Source: Neocallimastix sp. 'constans'
Taxonomy: Eukaryota
Direction of reading: 5' to 3'
Assembly (NCBI GenBank): GCA_050613775.1
Contig: JBODTK010000126.1
Coordinates: 186,001 to 250,000, forward strand
DNA length: 64,000 nt
Each line of letters begins with the position of its first letter. Positions within the stretch are counted from its first letter, which is position 1. The notes under the pieces were generated by a model. That model saw only the letters and a list, made by a program, of their open reading frames with translations, searched no databases and was not told the origin of the DNA. This document shows positions 15,768 through 30,100 of this stretch, piece by piece. The translations under genes were made by a program, and so were the position numbers.

Positions 15768-17999
15768 AATATTATACATTAACTTTTTAAATTTTTATAA
15801 AATGTTACACTTTATTCACAATTCCTTCATTAAAAATATAAATATCAAAAATATAATATTAAATTAAATATAATATTAAATTTATTTAATAATAATTTAT
15901 TAATCAATATTTTTATCCTTAAATATTTATATATTAAAAAATAATATCCGTATAAATAAAAAATTATTAAAAAATATATATATATGTATATATAAATTTT
16001 AAAAAATAGAAAATTAAAATAAAAATTTTGAAAAATTATAAAATATTAATTTCTATTTATTATAGTTTTTCTGTATCACAAAAATATATATAATAGTTTT
16101 ATTGTTTTATAAAAATATATATATATATTACAAAATAAGAATTTTTTTTTTATTTTTTATTTTTTAAAGTTTTTTTTTTTTTATTACATATTTTAAAGAC
16201 CGATATTATTATGAATTATTATTAAATTACAAATAAGATCTATCATAATTACTGATATTAGTTTTTGCTTTAATATATATAGTTTCAATATATTTTATAT
16301 TAAAATATATATTAAATATTAATAGATCAATTTTATTTTATTTCATTTTATTGTATTATATTTATTTTTTGTTTTATCATTTTTTTAAATAAAATTATCC
16401 AATTTTTATTTTTAGATTTTATAAATACTTAATCATTTTCCTTTTTCATTGATTATTTATGAACTCAATTCTTTAATTGAATTAATAATATATATTTGCT
16501 ATTTATTCATTTAGTATTAATTTTTGTATACTATTATTCTGTTTTATGGACAAGCTACTATTATCTTTTTAAAATAAAATAAAAATAAATAAATCTTTAA
16601 TTTTATTATTTATTTATTATTTATTTATTTATTATTTCATAAATATATTGTTTTATTTATATATTATTTCATAAATATATTATTTTATTTATATATTGTT
16701 TTATTTATATATTATTTCATAAATATATTATTTTATTTATATATTGTTTTATTTATATATTATTTCATAAATATATTATTTTATTTATATATTGTTTTAT
16801 TTATATATTTATATATTGATTTATTGATTTATTCATGTATTATTTTATTTATTATTTTATTTATTATTTTATCTTTATCTTTATATTTTTTTAATTTTTG
16901 ATTTATTTATTGATTTATTTATTATTTTATTTATTTATTTTGTGATTGGTTTTCCTTTTACTGAATAATTGGTAATTACTATAAATCCGTGTTTTAAAAT
17001 TTATAATTTTTAATTTTTATTTTTTTTTTTGAAAATGAAATTAATAAAAAAGAGGAAAAAAAAAATAAAAAATAAAAACTTTCCTTTTTTATAAGTTTTT
17101 ATTAATTATTTTCTTTTTTTTTTATTTCTATTTTTTAATTTTTATTTCTATTTTTATTTCAATTTTTTTTTTTATTTCCATTTATTTTATTTTAGTTCTT
17201 TTTTTTATTTTTTAGTTCTTTTTTTTATTTTTAGTTCTTTTTTTTATTTTTTAGTTCTTTTTTTTTATTTTTTAGTTCCTTTTTTTTTTTCTTTTAATTC
17301 ACTTTCTTTATTTTATTTCTTATTTTTTTTTTTTTGGCAATTTTTTATTTTTTTCGTTTTTATATTTTTATTATATAATTTTAAGATCCTAATTCTCTAT
17401 ATTTTATTTTACTATTGAATAGAAAATATAACTGAAATTGTAAAAATAATTATTATATAAAAATTTGCCTTTGTCTATATATTTTATAATAGATACATGA
17501 CTTTCTTGTATTTTAAATTAATCCCACAATTTTTTTTTATTCATTTTATTTATTGAATGTAAATTGTATATTTTTTAAAGAATAAATAATATAATTTTAT
17601 ATAAAAATATCGTTATAAAAATAAATTATCATTTAAAAATATTTGTTATACTGTTTTATATTTAACTTATAAAATATGGAAAAATATAGTGATATAAACT
17701 GTAAAACCAAATACAAATTGATAAAAATGAAAATATTTAAAACTAAAATAATAGTGACTAAAGAAATTTAAGGATTAATATAAAATTTAAAAAAAATAAA
17801 TACAGAAAAATTAAAAAATAATTATAAAAAATATTTTGGTTTATCTTTTCTTTTTTTTTTTTTTGTCTTTTTCTTCACTTTGTATTATTAAATATTTAAG
17901 CAGGATAAATAACTTTGTAAATTTTATTATAAAGAATAAACTTCTTTTTAATCTTTATAGTTTTTATTTTTCTTTTCAATTAATAATAGGATCAGGCTA

Positions 18000-18160
18000 A
18001 TGTAATAATTTTCTGAAAAATAATCATATATTAACTAACAAGTATATGTAAATAAAATAGTAGTCGTTAAAAAACTATAAAAGGATTAATATCCTATCCG
18101 TTAAATAAAGTCCTAAACACAAGCTTTAAAGAGAATCAATTTCCTACATTTCCATTTTAC
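18000..18160 (-). mobile_element. Remnant of a family-A-related LINE 5' UTR (a further matching piece at 18733-18760)
   Basis: ATCCGTTAAATAAAGTCCTAAACACAAGCTTT...CCTACATTTCCATTTTACA matches about 31535-31601. 18733-18760 matches 31876-31903. Confidence 0.7.
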
Positions 18161-18238
18161 ATGTTTTTTCGACCGCCACAATTATTGCGAATTTTAAACT
18201 TTATTTATTCATTCATTTATTAATTACATGAATATCTT

Positions 18239-18286
<48 letters not shown>

Positions 18287-18403
18287 AGAATTAATAAAAA
18301 TAAAATTATTTCTCCAATTTGAACATAATAATATTTAAAATAATGATGTAAAATAAAAAGTAATGTTCAAAATAAAGTGTATAAATAAATTCAGAAAAAA
18401 GTT

Positions 18404-18710
18404 CATATGCAACGAACCTCGTCTCCAGATTATAAGATTTTTGTTTAAAAAGAATTCTTGTTCTGGATTAGAGTTTGAATTGATTATCTGAAAAGGAAAT
18501 TATAATCTTATCCTTCAGAGGCATTGACCCTGATAGCCTATCTTACTGTATTATCAGCGTTGACGCTCCTGGTTAGTTTGCATTTATACTTTTCGAATAG
18601 TAACCCTTGTAGAATAATCTGTTAAGAGAGCCACAAATCGCACCAAGAATGGCATTTTTTGAATAATCACCAGAAATGATTTGGTTTTTAAACAAAACTT
18701 CTCATTCCTT
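18404..18710 (-). mobile_element. LINE 3' fragment, family F (copy 2)
   Basis: Homologous to 11893-12230. Minus frame reads KLTRSVNADNTVR, paralleling KSVNAEETVR of family D. Confidence 0.72.
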
Positions 18711-18759
18711 TTTATAATTTATATCAATAAAACTGTAATTAGTACACCTGATATAGGTT

Positions 18760-18760
<1 letters not shown>

Positions 18761-18790
<30 letters not shown>

Positions 18791-19525
18791 GACAGCAAAA
18801 AATTGATTCATCTTTATTAATTAAATAGTTAATAAAATACATGTAATAAAAAAAAAAAAAAAAAAAAAGATAAAATAATAACCAAAAAAAAACACAAAAT
18901 AAAATAAAATAATGGTATAATGTATTCTAGTTTCATTTAATTAATATCTGTAAGACTTCACAAGGGCATTTATTATATTATAATACAATAATTATTTTTG
19001 ACGTCACAATGTTAATCATAATTTTAAGATACAAAATTATGATCTTCATTGGTTTCCCTGCTGGCCTGTCTAACTGTTTCTTCAGCATTGACGCTCTTGG
19101 TAATAGTAGTACGATTCGATTTGAACCTATTTAACAAAGACCATTGCTGACCAATAGCAATAGGTATAATCGATTGAAATAGAGTCGCAGTAACCACCAA
19201 GAATGGAGTATCAGAATAAGCACCTGATTTCATCTGGCACTTAAATAGATCCTTCCATTCCCTTGTACTGTTATTAATACTTCTTCCTCCAAGAAGCCAA
19301 GAAGGAAATTAAACACTTTTTCACACACACTAGAATCAATATACACATTATTTTCAATACTATTACTAACATTACTAATAATACTATTACTATTATTACT
19401 ATTACTATTATTACTATTACTATTATTACTATTACTATTATTACTATTACTATTATTACTATTACTATTATTACTATTACTATTATTACTATTACTATTA
19501 TTACTATTACTATTATTACTATTAC

Positions 19526-19582
<57 letters not shown>

Positions 19583-19965
19583 TGTTGCTGTAATCATTAT
19601 TACTATTAACAATATCATTTGTTAGGTTGCCACGGTAAAAGCATTATATAAAAATAAAATTTTATCATTAACTTTACTACGAATATGACTGAAAAATGGA
19701 CAATCAATTAGCCAATGATTTATCCATTGTTTATTACTTTTACAACAGGGACAAAAATTAGGACACATTTGATCTATTATTTTTGCAACTTTAACAATTC
19801 TATCATCTAATCTATATCCGCTTCGTGCTCTCAATAGCCAACAGAAACCATATGAAAGATCAGGATATTCATAACAAAGTTTTATAAAATCTGATGTTTC
19901 TTCGAATCTGTTTTTGTCATAAAATTCAGCTTTAATAGAATTGATTTTCATATCTCTTTTCCAAT
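18761..19965 (-). mobile_element. 5'-truncated LINE, family D (copy 1)
   Basis: Poly(T) at 18761. CPNFCPCCKSNKQWINHWLIDC zinc finger. Near-identical to 33823-34823 and 25141-25915. Confidence 0.9.
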
Positions 19966-20236
19966 TTTATTTTTTTTTTTTTTTTAGACTAATAATTCTA
20001 TTTTCACTATCACTACTTCTACTATTATTAACAATATTATTTCTATTGTTAATATTATTAATATGCATTGACGCTCTTGGTAGTAGTAATAAGGGATAGG
20101 AATATGAGGATATTTTTTTTTTTTTTTTTTTTTTAACGGCAGCAAACTTTTTACATCTTTATTAATTAAATATTTGATAAAATACATGTAATAAAATAAT
20201 AAAAAAAAAAAGATAAAAAAATAAACAAAAAATAAA
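19966..20236 (-). mobile_element. Two very short poly(A)-tailed LINE 3' stubs in tandem (about 19966-20110 and 20114-20236; the second is family D 3' UTR)
   Basis: Each starts with a poly(T) tract. The second matches 33850-33955. The first ends AGTCT-poly(A) like families A and C and includes a 24-nt family D piece. Confidence 0.7.
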
Positions 20237-23200
20237 TTTTTTTTTTTTTTTTTTTTTAATAGACAGGGAAGAGAATACACTTCCAAAACTTTATTAAATT
20301 TTATTTTAAAAAAATACATGTAGGTGAAAAGTACATTTGAAATTAAAAATAAAAAATTGAAAAATAAAAAAAAATAAAAAAGCTCGAAAATACTATGTAT
20401 TTCGGCAAGTTGTACTATGCGGGAGTTTTTCCCTTCCTAACAAATAAAAAAGAAATAAAACCTAGAAGTAACATCTTTAAAATAGATAGTGTGGTGTCCA
20501 CTAAACTCTCCCCGGATTCATCATTTATTGAACTACTAGGGCAAGATTCATCCTTCGTAGAAATAGATGATGATCCTGTATTATCATTATGCCTTATCAG
20601 TACGACGTCGACGCTCTGTGGATAAGTTTGGTATTTTGCAATACCTATCAAATAATAGCTCAAACGAACTACTTATGATAGGTATTGCACTTGTTAAGAA
20701 TTCCTCCAAGCCCACAATTTTTGGAACAGGTGACTCAGATGAACCTTTGAAAAGTAGTTCATTTAATTGTCTCTGTTCCCCACTATCGAAATGTAGCTCA
20801 TTTAAAACTAAAGTCCCACCAAGAAGGAACAAATATATATAATGACTGATATAATCTTCAAAATTAGAAATAGAGTCATAGGAAGAAAGAGGATTAAACA
20901 CTCTAATCTTCCTAAGGAATAAAACATAGAGATCATCGATGAAATTTAAAGAATTCCATCTGAAAGATGCAAGAGCATCGCATTTAAAAATCCAATGTTC
21001 AAAAGATTGTTTATCTTCGCCACAACAGGGGCAAGACTTGGGACAATCTTCCGAAACTCTACCCATTCTAATAGCAATAGTAGTATTGTATTTATAACCA
21101 CAGCGTAAACGTATAATCCACGAAAACCCTAAATTGAATTGGGGATATTTTAAGCTAAGCATAATTATAGCTTTATTGTTTAAGAACTTATTACAATCGT
21201 AATTTTGACCTTTAATACCTTGAAATTTGGAAACTGATTTCCAGTAACGTTCTAAAATATCGTCATATTTTTCACATTTATATTTTTTGATTTTTTTATA
21301 CAGTGTTCTTGATTCTTTAGTCCAGGAATAATAAGGCATTTTGGGAATAGATTTAATAAGATCCTTTATAATACAGTTTGATTTACTCCATTTTGCAAAT
21401 GATTTAATCTGTAAGGCTGCGCAGACACCAGCAATAGGAGGAATGCTTAGATCTCGAGATAAAGCATAAGTACTCATAGTAGAATTATGTCTAATATAGT
21501 CATTGTCTTCTGAACTTGTTTTACCATTTTTAGAGAAGGAGCCGATACACCAAAATAGACCAATGTTCGAATTCTGGCCGTTCTAGATTTGTTTTAACCA
21601 AGTAAAGGAGAATAATAAATTACCTTACTAATAACAAAGGATTGAAGAACTTTTTTCTTGTATGCAATAGGGATAAGTTTATTTGAGAAGAAATGTGTAA
21701 ATGAAAGAAGGGATTTTCTAACTTTAAAATGCATGTGAGATATAATGTGTTCTAGTAAGAGATCATCAGAAAAAGGAATACCAAGATAAATATAACTAGA
21801 AACTTTAGGAATAGCTTTCATTCCTAAATAGAAGGTTGGGTCACTATAGTTTGGAGGAGATTGGAAGTTCATTGGTTTTATAACCATAGTTGCACATTTT
21901 TCAATACCAAAAGTCATTTCATTTAAATTAGCCCATCTATGTACCTTTTTTAGTAATTTTTCTAAATTTTTTGCACTTGGAGCAATGAGAACAACATCAT
22001 CAGCAAAGAGTCCACCACAACATTTTTTTCTTCCAATATTAACACCATACTTTTCACAGTCATATAATATATCATTGATGAATAAATTGAATAAGATCGG
22101 AGATAATGGACAACCTTGACGAACACCTCTTTTAATAGGAAATTCATTTGATAACATTGAAGCAAATCGAACACGTGCTTTAGATGAAGTATATAAATTA
22201 CATAGAAAATCAAAACATTTACCACGTACTCCATAATGATATAATTTAGTAAGAATGTTAAAAATAGGAACTGAATCATAAGCTTTTTTAAGATCTAAAA
22301 AGGCTAAATATGTGAATTTTCCTTGAAATTTTCTTCTTTGGCAAATTTCTCTAACGGAAATGAATAAACTAATGCATTCTTCACGGTTGCGAAAACCAAA
22401 TTGTTCAAGTCTAATGAAATTGTGTGAAAGTGCGTAAGTAGATATTCTATCTGTTATAATTTTTGAAATGATTTTCAGTCCAACACTAATGAGAGAAATA
22501 CCTCGATAATTACTACAATCTGATAGGTCACCTTTCTTAGGGATTGATACAATAGAAGCTGAGTTCCATTTTTTAGGAAAAGACCCATTCCATATTTTAT
22601 TAAAAATCAATTTAAGACACTTTCCAGCAGCAGGATGTGTTTCTAGTAATTCTTCATTGCAAAACAGAGCTTTGTAGAATTCAATCGGGATACCATCGGG
22701 GCCGGGTGCTTTGTTGTTTTTCATAGATGAAATAGTTTTTTTAATATCGTCAATCGTAATGGGATCGTTGATATTCCAGGTAGAGGATCTAAGACTAATA
22801 TTCCTTAAAGCATGGATCCAGAAGTTACGATTAAGGCTGTGACCCAAGGGATCAGAAGTTAGATCTTTATAATATTCAGCCCATCTATCTAATTGTTTAG
22901 TAGGAGAGATAATATCTTGACCAAATTTAGATTTTATGCAAGTAGGGGAAGTAGATGAATACGATGATTTAGCCATTTTTTTTAAACATCTCCAACCATT
23001 TTTGAAATCTTTATTCAAAAAATAATTACCAATTTTTACTATATTAGCTTTAAATCTAGCAGAACGAAATTTACTCTTTGTTTTCTTGATTAATTTGCAA
23101 AGTTTTTCATATTTATTAAATTGTTCAAGGTAATTATCAACATTTTCACAGTTAAAGTGTGGCTTAATATTTCGAAATGCAATATGTTTTTCATGAGATA

Positions 23201-25138
23201 GTTTTTTAATGTAATAAGGACAGTGAAAAGCAGAGCCCTTTAAATTTGTTGGAATGAAACCCTTAATATCCTTCCCGATATTATTTGCTGTATTGATAAA
23301 TTTTTCTACCATTTCATCAGCCGTGAGTGAATTGTAATGAGAATCGAGGTCATTTGCTAAGATTGAAAAATAATTATGTGATAAAATATCTGAATTTTTT
23401 GTTTTACAAATATGTGTAGACCATTTAGAAACTTTAGCAGGCCTTATAAAGCCATCGGAGAGAACTTTGTTGCAAGAAAGTATAATAGGTTTATGATCAG
23501 AAATACCATAAAATGAAGTGCAAACCGAGGTTTTATTAAAATGAGCTGCCAAAGCCTCATTATAGATGACATGGTCAATGCAAGATGATCTAGTACCTTT
23601 GGCATAAGTAAATTTATTACCATATAAGGGAGCAATATACCAATTAGGAAAATTATTTGAAATGTATGTTTTGATCTTCTTTAATGACATGTTAAAATCA
23701 CCAACTAGGACAGCAGGAACGTTTTTTCTATTGTGAAAACGTAACCATTGAGAGAGTTCATCAAAAGCAGCTAGCCTTTCTTCCTTCCATTTGCTTTGAG
23801 GGAAGTAGATATTACCAATAGTACATTTTTGATTCCAGAAAGAAGTAATATTTACTGAAATGATATATTTGTATAAAAACGGTTCTTGGAAGAAAGAGCA
23901 CTAAGAATGAACACCAATAAAGAGTCCTCTCATACCAGGGATTTTAGGATTAGCTCTAAGGAAAACTGAGTTGTAATATGGAATTAATGGTGATGAAATA
24001 TCTTTTGGAAGATATTTACCTTTTCCAGTTTCTTGTAAACAGATACATATAGGTTTGAAAATAGAGTTGAGATATAAAATACTATCACGTTTTTCAGTAT
24101 TCCAACCGTTAATATTCCAACTAACACAGAGATTAAAGAAAGAAGAATTTGAATTTAGATGGCTAGAGAAAAAATCTTTCGCCATAGGATTAAGTTCAAC
24201 ATCAATGTTATTAGATTTACTTGACTTGTTCATTCGTTTAAGTTTATTACACAAGGTCCAGGTAATCATAGCTGTTTCAGGAATTTTATCTCTTAAGAAA
24301 TCTAAAACATCGAAAAATTTGAGATCATTTTTGTGTTATTAACCCTAATAATGAAGTATGAGCCGTACCTTGGAGAAAAAAGTTTTTTAGCATATGGAAT
24401 AATTTCATTGTAGTTAGGGATCTTACTAATAACTTGAGCCATTAGATTACTAGAGGACCAAGAATTAAGGTTATGGATAAAGATAAGGCTATAATTGTTC
24501 ATATGATTACCGAAGCAGTAGAAACCACGATGGAAGGGAGTAGTACTAATTGAGCTAGAAGCATCCATGTTTAGAGTTTGATGATAACAAAACTGACTTA
24601 ATTTCTATTTATTGTGAATTGATTAAAAGGATTTTATACCAAGGAATTATATATAAAATATTAACATTTAAGTTTACTGAATATAAAAGTTAATTGTTTC
24701 ACATGAATTGAATTTCCTAAGATATATTAAAAAACAATGTTAGTGGAAAAATTATTTATTCAATAAAATATAATGTAAAATAATTATTTATTTAAAGTGA
24801 AAAATATTTTAAAAGGATATGAAAATTAAAAACCTAAAGTAAAAATTTATATAGAGATATAAAGTAAAATATATAAAGATAAAAAAAAAAATATATATAT
24901 ATATATATATAGAATAGAAAAATTTTAGAAATATAAGAGAAAAAAATAAAAAACAATATTGTTAGTAGTATAGTGTAAAAAATTCTTTTGATTGAAAAAT
25001 TGATTTAAAAAAACTACAGTTATGATTTATATAAAAAAATAAAGATTGCATTAAAAATTGAAAAGTAATTTAGATTTTATTATTATACTAATTGATGATC
25101 CCCTCAGAAACCATTCAGCTTAGGTTCCATCATTGGGG
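20237..25138 (-). mobile_element. Full-length LINE, family B, about 4.9 kb; ORF disrupted (pieces 24302-24568, 23901-24269, 21594-23690, 20587-21477)
   Basis: APE motifs VSWNINGWN, CLQETG, IDHVI, SDHKP. RT motifs KAPGPDG, NYRGISL, QFGFR, LDLKKAYD, GVRQGCPLSP, LFADD. CCHC finger. Poly(T) 20237-20257. In-frame stop at 23901 plus frameshifts. Confidence 0.95.
25100..25138 (-). other. Predicted kink-turn hairpin at the 5' end of LINE family B
   Basis: CCCC-AAU-GA-U-GGAACC-(10-nt loop)-GGUUUC-U-GA-GGGG: canonical stem, 3-nt bulge, tandem G.A/A.G pairs, U.U pair, second stem. Confidence 0.75.
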
Positions 25139-25140
25139 TG

Positions 25141-25461
25141 GAGTATCAGAATAAGCACATGATTTCATCTGGCACTTAAATAGATCCTTCCATTCCTTTG
25201 TACTGTTATTAATACTTCTTCCTCCAAGAAGGAAATTAAACACTTTTTCACACACACTAGAATCAACATACACATTATTTTCAATACTATTACTAACATT
25301 ATTAATAATACTATTACTATTATTACTATTACTATTATTACTATTACTATTATTACTATTACTATTATTACTATTACTATTATTACTATTACTATTATTA
25401 CTATTACTATTATTACTATTACTATTATTACTATTACTATTATTACTATTACTATTATTAC

Positions 25462-25533
<72 letters not shown>

Positions 25534-26746
25534 TGTTGCTGTAATCATTATTACTATTAACAATATCATTTGTTAGGTTGCCACGGTAAAAGCATTATAT
25601 AAAAATAAAATTTTATCATTAACTTTACTACGAATATGATTGAAAAATAGACAATCAATTAGCCAATGATTTATCCATTGTTTATTACTTTTACAACAGG
25701 GACAATAATTAGGACACATTTGATCTACAATTTTTGCAGCTTTAGAATTCTAGCATCTAATCTATATCCGCTTCGTGCTCTCAATAGCCAATAGAAACCA
25801 TATGAAAGATCAGGATATTCTTAACAGAGTTTAATAAATTTTGATGTTTCTTCGAATTTGTTTTTGTCATAAAACTCAGCTTTAATAGAATTGATTTTCA
25901 TATCTCTTTTCCAATAAAAATCCTTGATTTTATTATCGTTATTACCTCTTTTCTCTAGTTTACGTTTAAGAGTTCTACTTTCTTTTGTCCATGTATATTT
26001 TCTAGATCTTGGAATATTATTAACTAAATAGGAAATAATACAATTTGAATCTTTCCATTTATCAAAACATTTGACTTGAGACAAAGCACACTTAGCTGAC
26101 AATGGAGGAATATGTAAATCTTTTGAAATAGAATATACATTAATAAATGATTTGGCTTTTTGTATACCTGCAATCCATCTTAATCCTTTATTAATTAATT
26201 TCTGAGTATTATTTGTTCTAGCTTTATTTGAACCAAGTAAAGGCGCAAAGTAAGAGACTTTACTAAGTACATAAGAGTTAATTATAATCTTTTTAAATGG
26301 AATAGGAATTTTGGAGTTTGAAAGAAATTTACTAACAGAAAAGAGAGCTTTAGTAACTTTAGAGTTAAGTAATTTAATAATAGGGTTCAATGATAAGCTT
26401 TTATCAAATGGTATACCTAAATAGGTATAACATTTAGTTATTGGGATTGGTTGACCAGCAAGATAAAAAGTAGGATCTCTTTTATTTTGAAAAAGAGGTG
26501 TGTCTGGTCGAATCACCATCGTTGCACACTTATTAATTCCAAAATTCATCATATTAAATTTAGCCCATTCATTTACCTTCTTAAGCATTTTTTTCAACTT
26601 AGTTCTTGACGGTGCGCATAGAACAATATCATCTGCAAAGAGTCCACCACAACATCTAGATTCGCCTAAAGGAATTCCAAGTTCTGAAACATCATTAAAA
26701 ATGTCATTAATAAAAAGATTGAAAAGAATTGGTGATAGTGGACAAC
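25141..26746 (-). mobile_element. Internal fragment of LINE family D (copy 2): RT C-terminal half to zinc finger, no 3' end
   Basis: ORF 25821-26756 with CPLSPILFNLFINDI and LFADD. 25141-25915 is colinear with 19207-19965. Confidence 0.9.
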
Positions 26747-26759
26747 ACAAGAGCATTAT

Positions 26760-26795
<36 letters not shown>

Positions 26796-27102
26796 CTTAG
26801 AGAAAACTTTATTTAATTTATAATAATAATAAAATTACATGAAATTAAATGAAAAAATAACAAATAAAATACATGAAATAAAATATTATATATTATAAAA
26901 TTATAAAAGTGCGTTAGAAGCAATAGCCTCTAACTTTTCCCATTCCTCGATAATAACACCACGTCCATTATTGTGAGTAATAATTTCAGTATTAGTGTTA
27001 TCAATCGAATCTGTATCTGGAGGTGAAAATCCATGCCTTATCATTTCGACGTCGACGCTCTTGGTAACGGTAGATTCAACGGAATATCATTTCATCATCA
27101 AA

Positions 27103-30100
27103 CTAAAAAGATCGACAAATTAATGGTATTACGTTTGTTAGAAACTCCGTAATCCCCACAAAATACGGAACAGTTGACGAAGTTGAACTTTGTTTAAAAA
27201 TATTGTCAACTAATTGTCTTTGTTCCCCATCATTATCTTTAATTTTTGAATATATTGAACGCCCACCAAGAAGTGCACTCAATATATAATAATAAATATT
27301 ATTATCATAATCCTTTTCTGAATCTAAAGAAACATCCAAGGATTTTTGTTCAATTATCAATGCAAACTTCAAAAAGAGATCATCTAGAAAAGGTAAAGAT
27401 TTATTTCTGTAATTTTCCAATTCTTTACAGGCAAAGATCCAGTGAGAAAAGCTAGGTACACTAACACCACAACAAGGGCAACATTTAGGGCAATCTTCTG
27501 AGACGATTTTTCTTTTAATGGAAATACTAATGTCGAATTTAAAACCACACCTAATACTAGAAATCCAAAAGAATCCCAACTGATACTTAGGATATTGAAA
27601 TGTTAAGTTTCTGATTTCTGAAATAAATCCAAAATCATTCTCCTTGTAAATAATTGCTTTTTTAGCTTTTGAGGGTTTGAAGACATCTCTTTCCCAATAA
27701 AACTTTTTTATTTCACTTGTTTTCTTACCATTTAATTTCTTATCCAAAGTCCTTGATTCTTTAGTCCATGAATAATGTGACATAGTAGGAATATTATTAG
27801 TGAGATGATTAATAATACATGATGAGTTTTTCCATTTTCTAAAGCAACGTAATTGAGATATAGCACAGACAGCTGAAAGAGGAGGTATTCTCAATTCACG
27901 AGTAATATTATAGAGACTAACAGAAGAATTGCGAGATTTAAATCCATAACTCCAATAAAGTCCTCTATTAATAATTTTTTGAGCTTTAGAACATCTGCTC
28001 TTATTTGAACCAAAGAGAGGAGCATAATATATAACAAGACTAAGAATAAACGAAATTAAAACATATTTCTTCAATGGGAGAGGAACAGATTTATTAATAA
28101 GAAATCGAAAGTACAAATTTAACTTGACATTTAAATTACTGTTTAATTTGGATTGTATAGGTTTCAGTGATAAAGATTCATCAAAAGGAATACCAAGATA
28201 GGTATAGTTGTCAGTTTTAGGTAATTTTTTACTACCAATAAAGAAAGATGGATCTTCATAATTTATCGGTTTAACAAAGTTAATCGGTTTTACAACAAGA
28301 GTAGCACACTTATTAATTCCAAAAGTCATTTCATTTTTAATAGCCCATTCATGAACTTTATTCAAAATTTTCTTAAGAGCTTGTTTAGATGGAGCAACTA
28401 AAACAATATCATCCGCAAAAAGTCCACCACAACAATATTGAGAATCTAAATATACACCATACTTATCACAATTATCCAGTATATCATTAATGAACAAATT
28501 GAATAAAATAGGAGATAGAGGGCATCCTTGTCTAACACCACGATTAATCGAAAATTCTTCTGAGAGATTACCATTAAAAAAAGCACGAGCTTTAGAGGAT
28601 AGATAAAGATTCTTTAAAAACAGATGACATTTATCTCTAATTCCTAAGTTATATAATTTGGTCAAAATATTAAAGATAGGAACTGAATCATAGGCTTTTT
28701 TAAGATCGAGAAAAGCAAGATAAGTAAAATTTCCTTTAAATTTTCTTCTTTGACATATCTCTCTAATTGAAATATACAAACTTATGCATTCTTCTTTATT
28801 TCTAAATCCAAATTGTTCAGGTCTAACAAATTTATGTTCAAGGGCATATTTAGCAATTCTATTAGTAACAATCTTTGAAATAATTTTTAAGCCAACATTA
28901 ATAAGAGAAATACCAATATAATTATTACAATCCGAAAGATCTCCTTTTTTTGGAATTGATATTATAGAAGCCGAATTCCACTCTTCAGGGAAATCACCAT
29001 CCCAGATTTTGTTAAATAATGAAAGTAAACATTTAGCACACTTAGAGTAGTGATCATCTGAAGAATCATCTTGATTATCGGATAAATCAGATTTACTAAA
29101 GAAGGCTTTAAAAAATTCAATCGGAATACCATCGGGTCCAGGAGCTTTATTATTTTTCATTTCAAGCACAGTGTTTTGAATTTCTTCCATAGTAATAGAA
29201 TCATTAATATCCCAAGTAAGATTATTATTAGGATTAGTTCCAAATAAACTTACCCAGTATTCATTATCCAAACTGTGTTGAGTAACATCAGAAGCTAGTT
29301 CACTGTAATGTTCAGCAAATCGATTTAATTGATCCGAATGAGAAAATAAAAAGTTACCCTGCTTGTCCTTTAAAACACTTGACGAAATAGAATTAGAGTA
29401 CATAGGGCGAGATAGCTTCTTTAATTTTAACCAAGCACTCCTAGCATTTTTATTACTAAAATCATTACATGCAGATTCTATTGACTGATGAAATTGTTTT
29501 GATTTAATAGAAAACTTAATTGACCTGACTTTACCACATATATTTTTATACTCACGAAGCAAATTTAAAAATTCATCAAGGTTTTCAAGATTAGAACCTA
29601 AAGAAAAATTTTTGATTTCATTAAATGCAACATGCTTTTCATGAGAAAGTTTCTTGATATAATAAGGGCAGTGGAAAGCTGATCCTTTAAGATCACAAGG
29701 AACTCTAGCATAAACTTTATCACCAACTTTATTAGCTGTTTCTATAAATTTATTGACCATTTCATTAGAACTTAATTCTTTATTATCATCAAATTCATTA
29801 AGAAGAATTGAGAAGTAGTTACTTGAGAATATTTCATTATGCTTTTCATTACACATGCGTTGGGACCACTTGAATCTTCTAGAAGGAGTAGGAGCACGAA
29901 AACCTTCTGAGTCATCTTTCTTACAGGAAAGGATAAGAGGGAAGTGGTCAGATATATCATTGAATGTACTACAAACAGAAACCTTATTAATGTATTCCTT
30001 CATTTTACAATTAAATAAAACATGATCAATACAAGACGATCTACCATCCCGAGCCCATGTGAAATCGAGACCTGATAAGTTTTTAGTGAACCACTGATAA

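Noticed and set aside
25100..25138. Independent box C/D snoRNA gene (AUGAUG...CUGA with terminal stem)
   Set aside because: Only 39 nt, with a paired interior and no room for a guide sequence. It sits at the LINE end and has a counterpart in family A, so it is treated as a cis k-turn.
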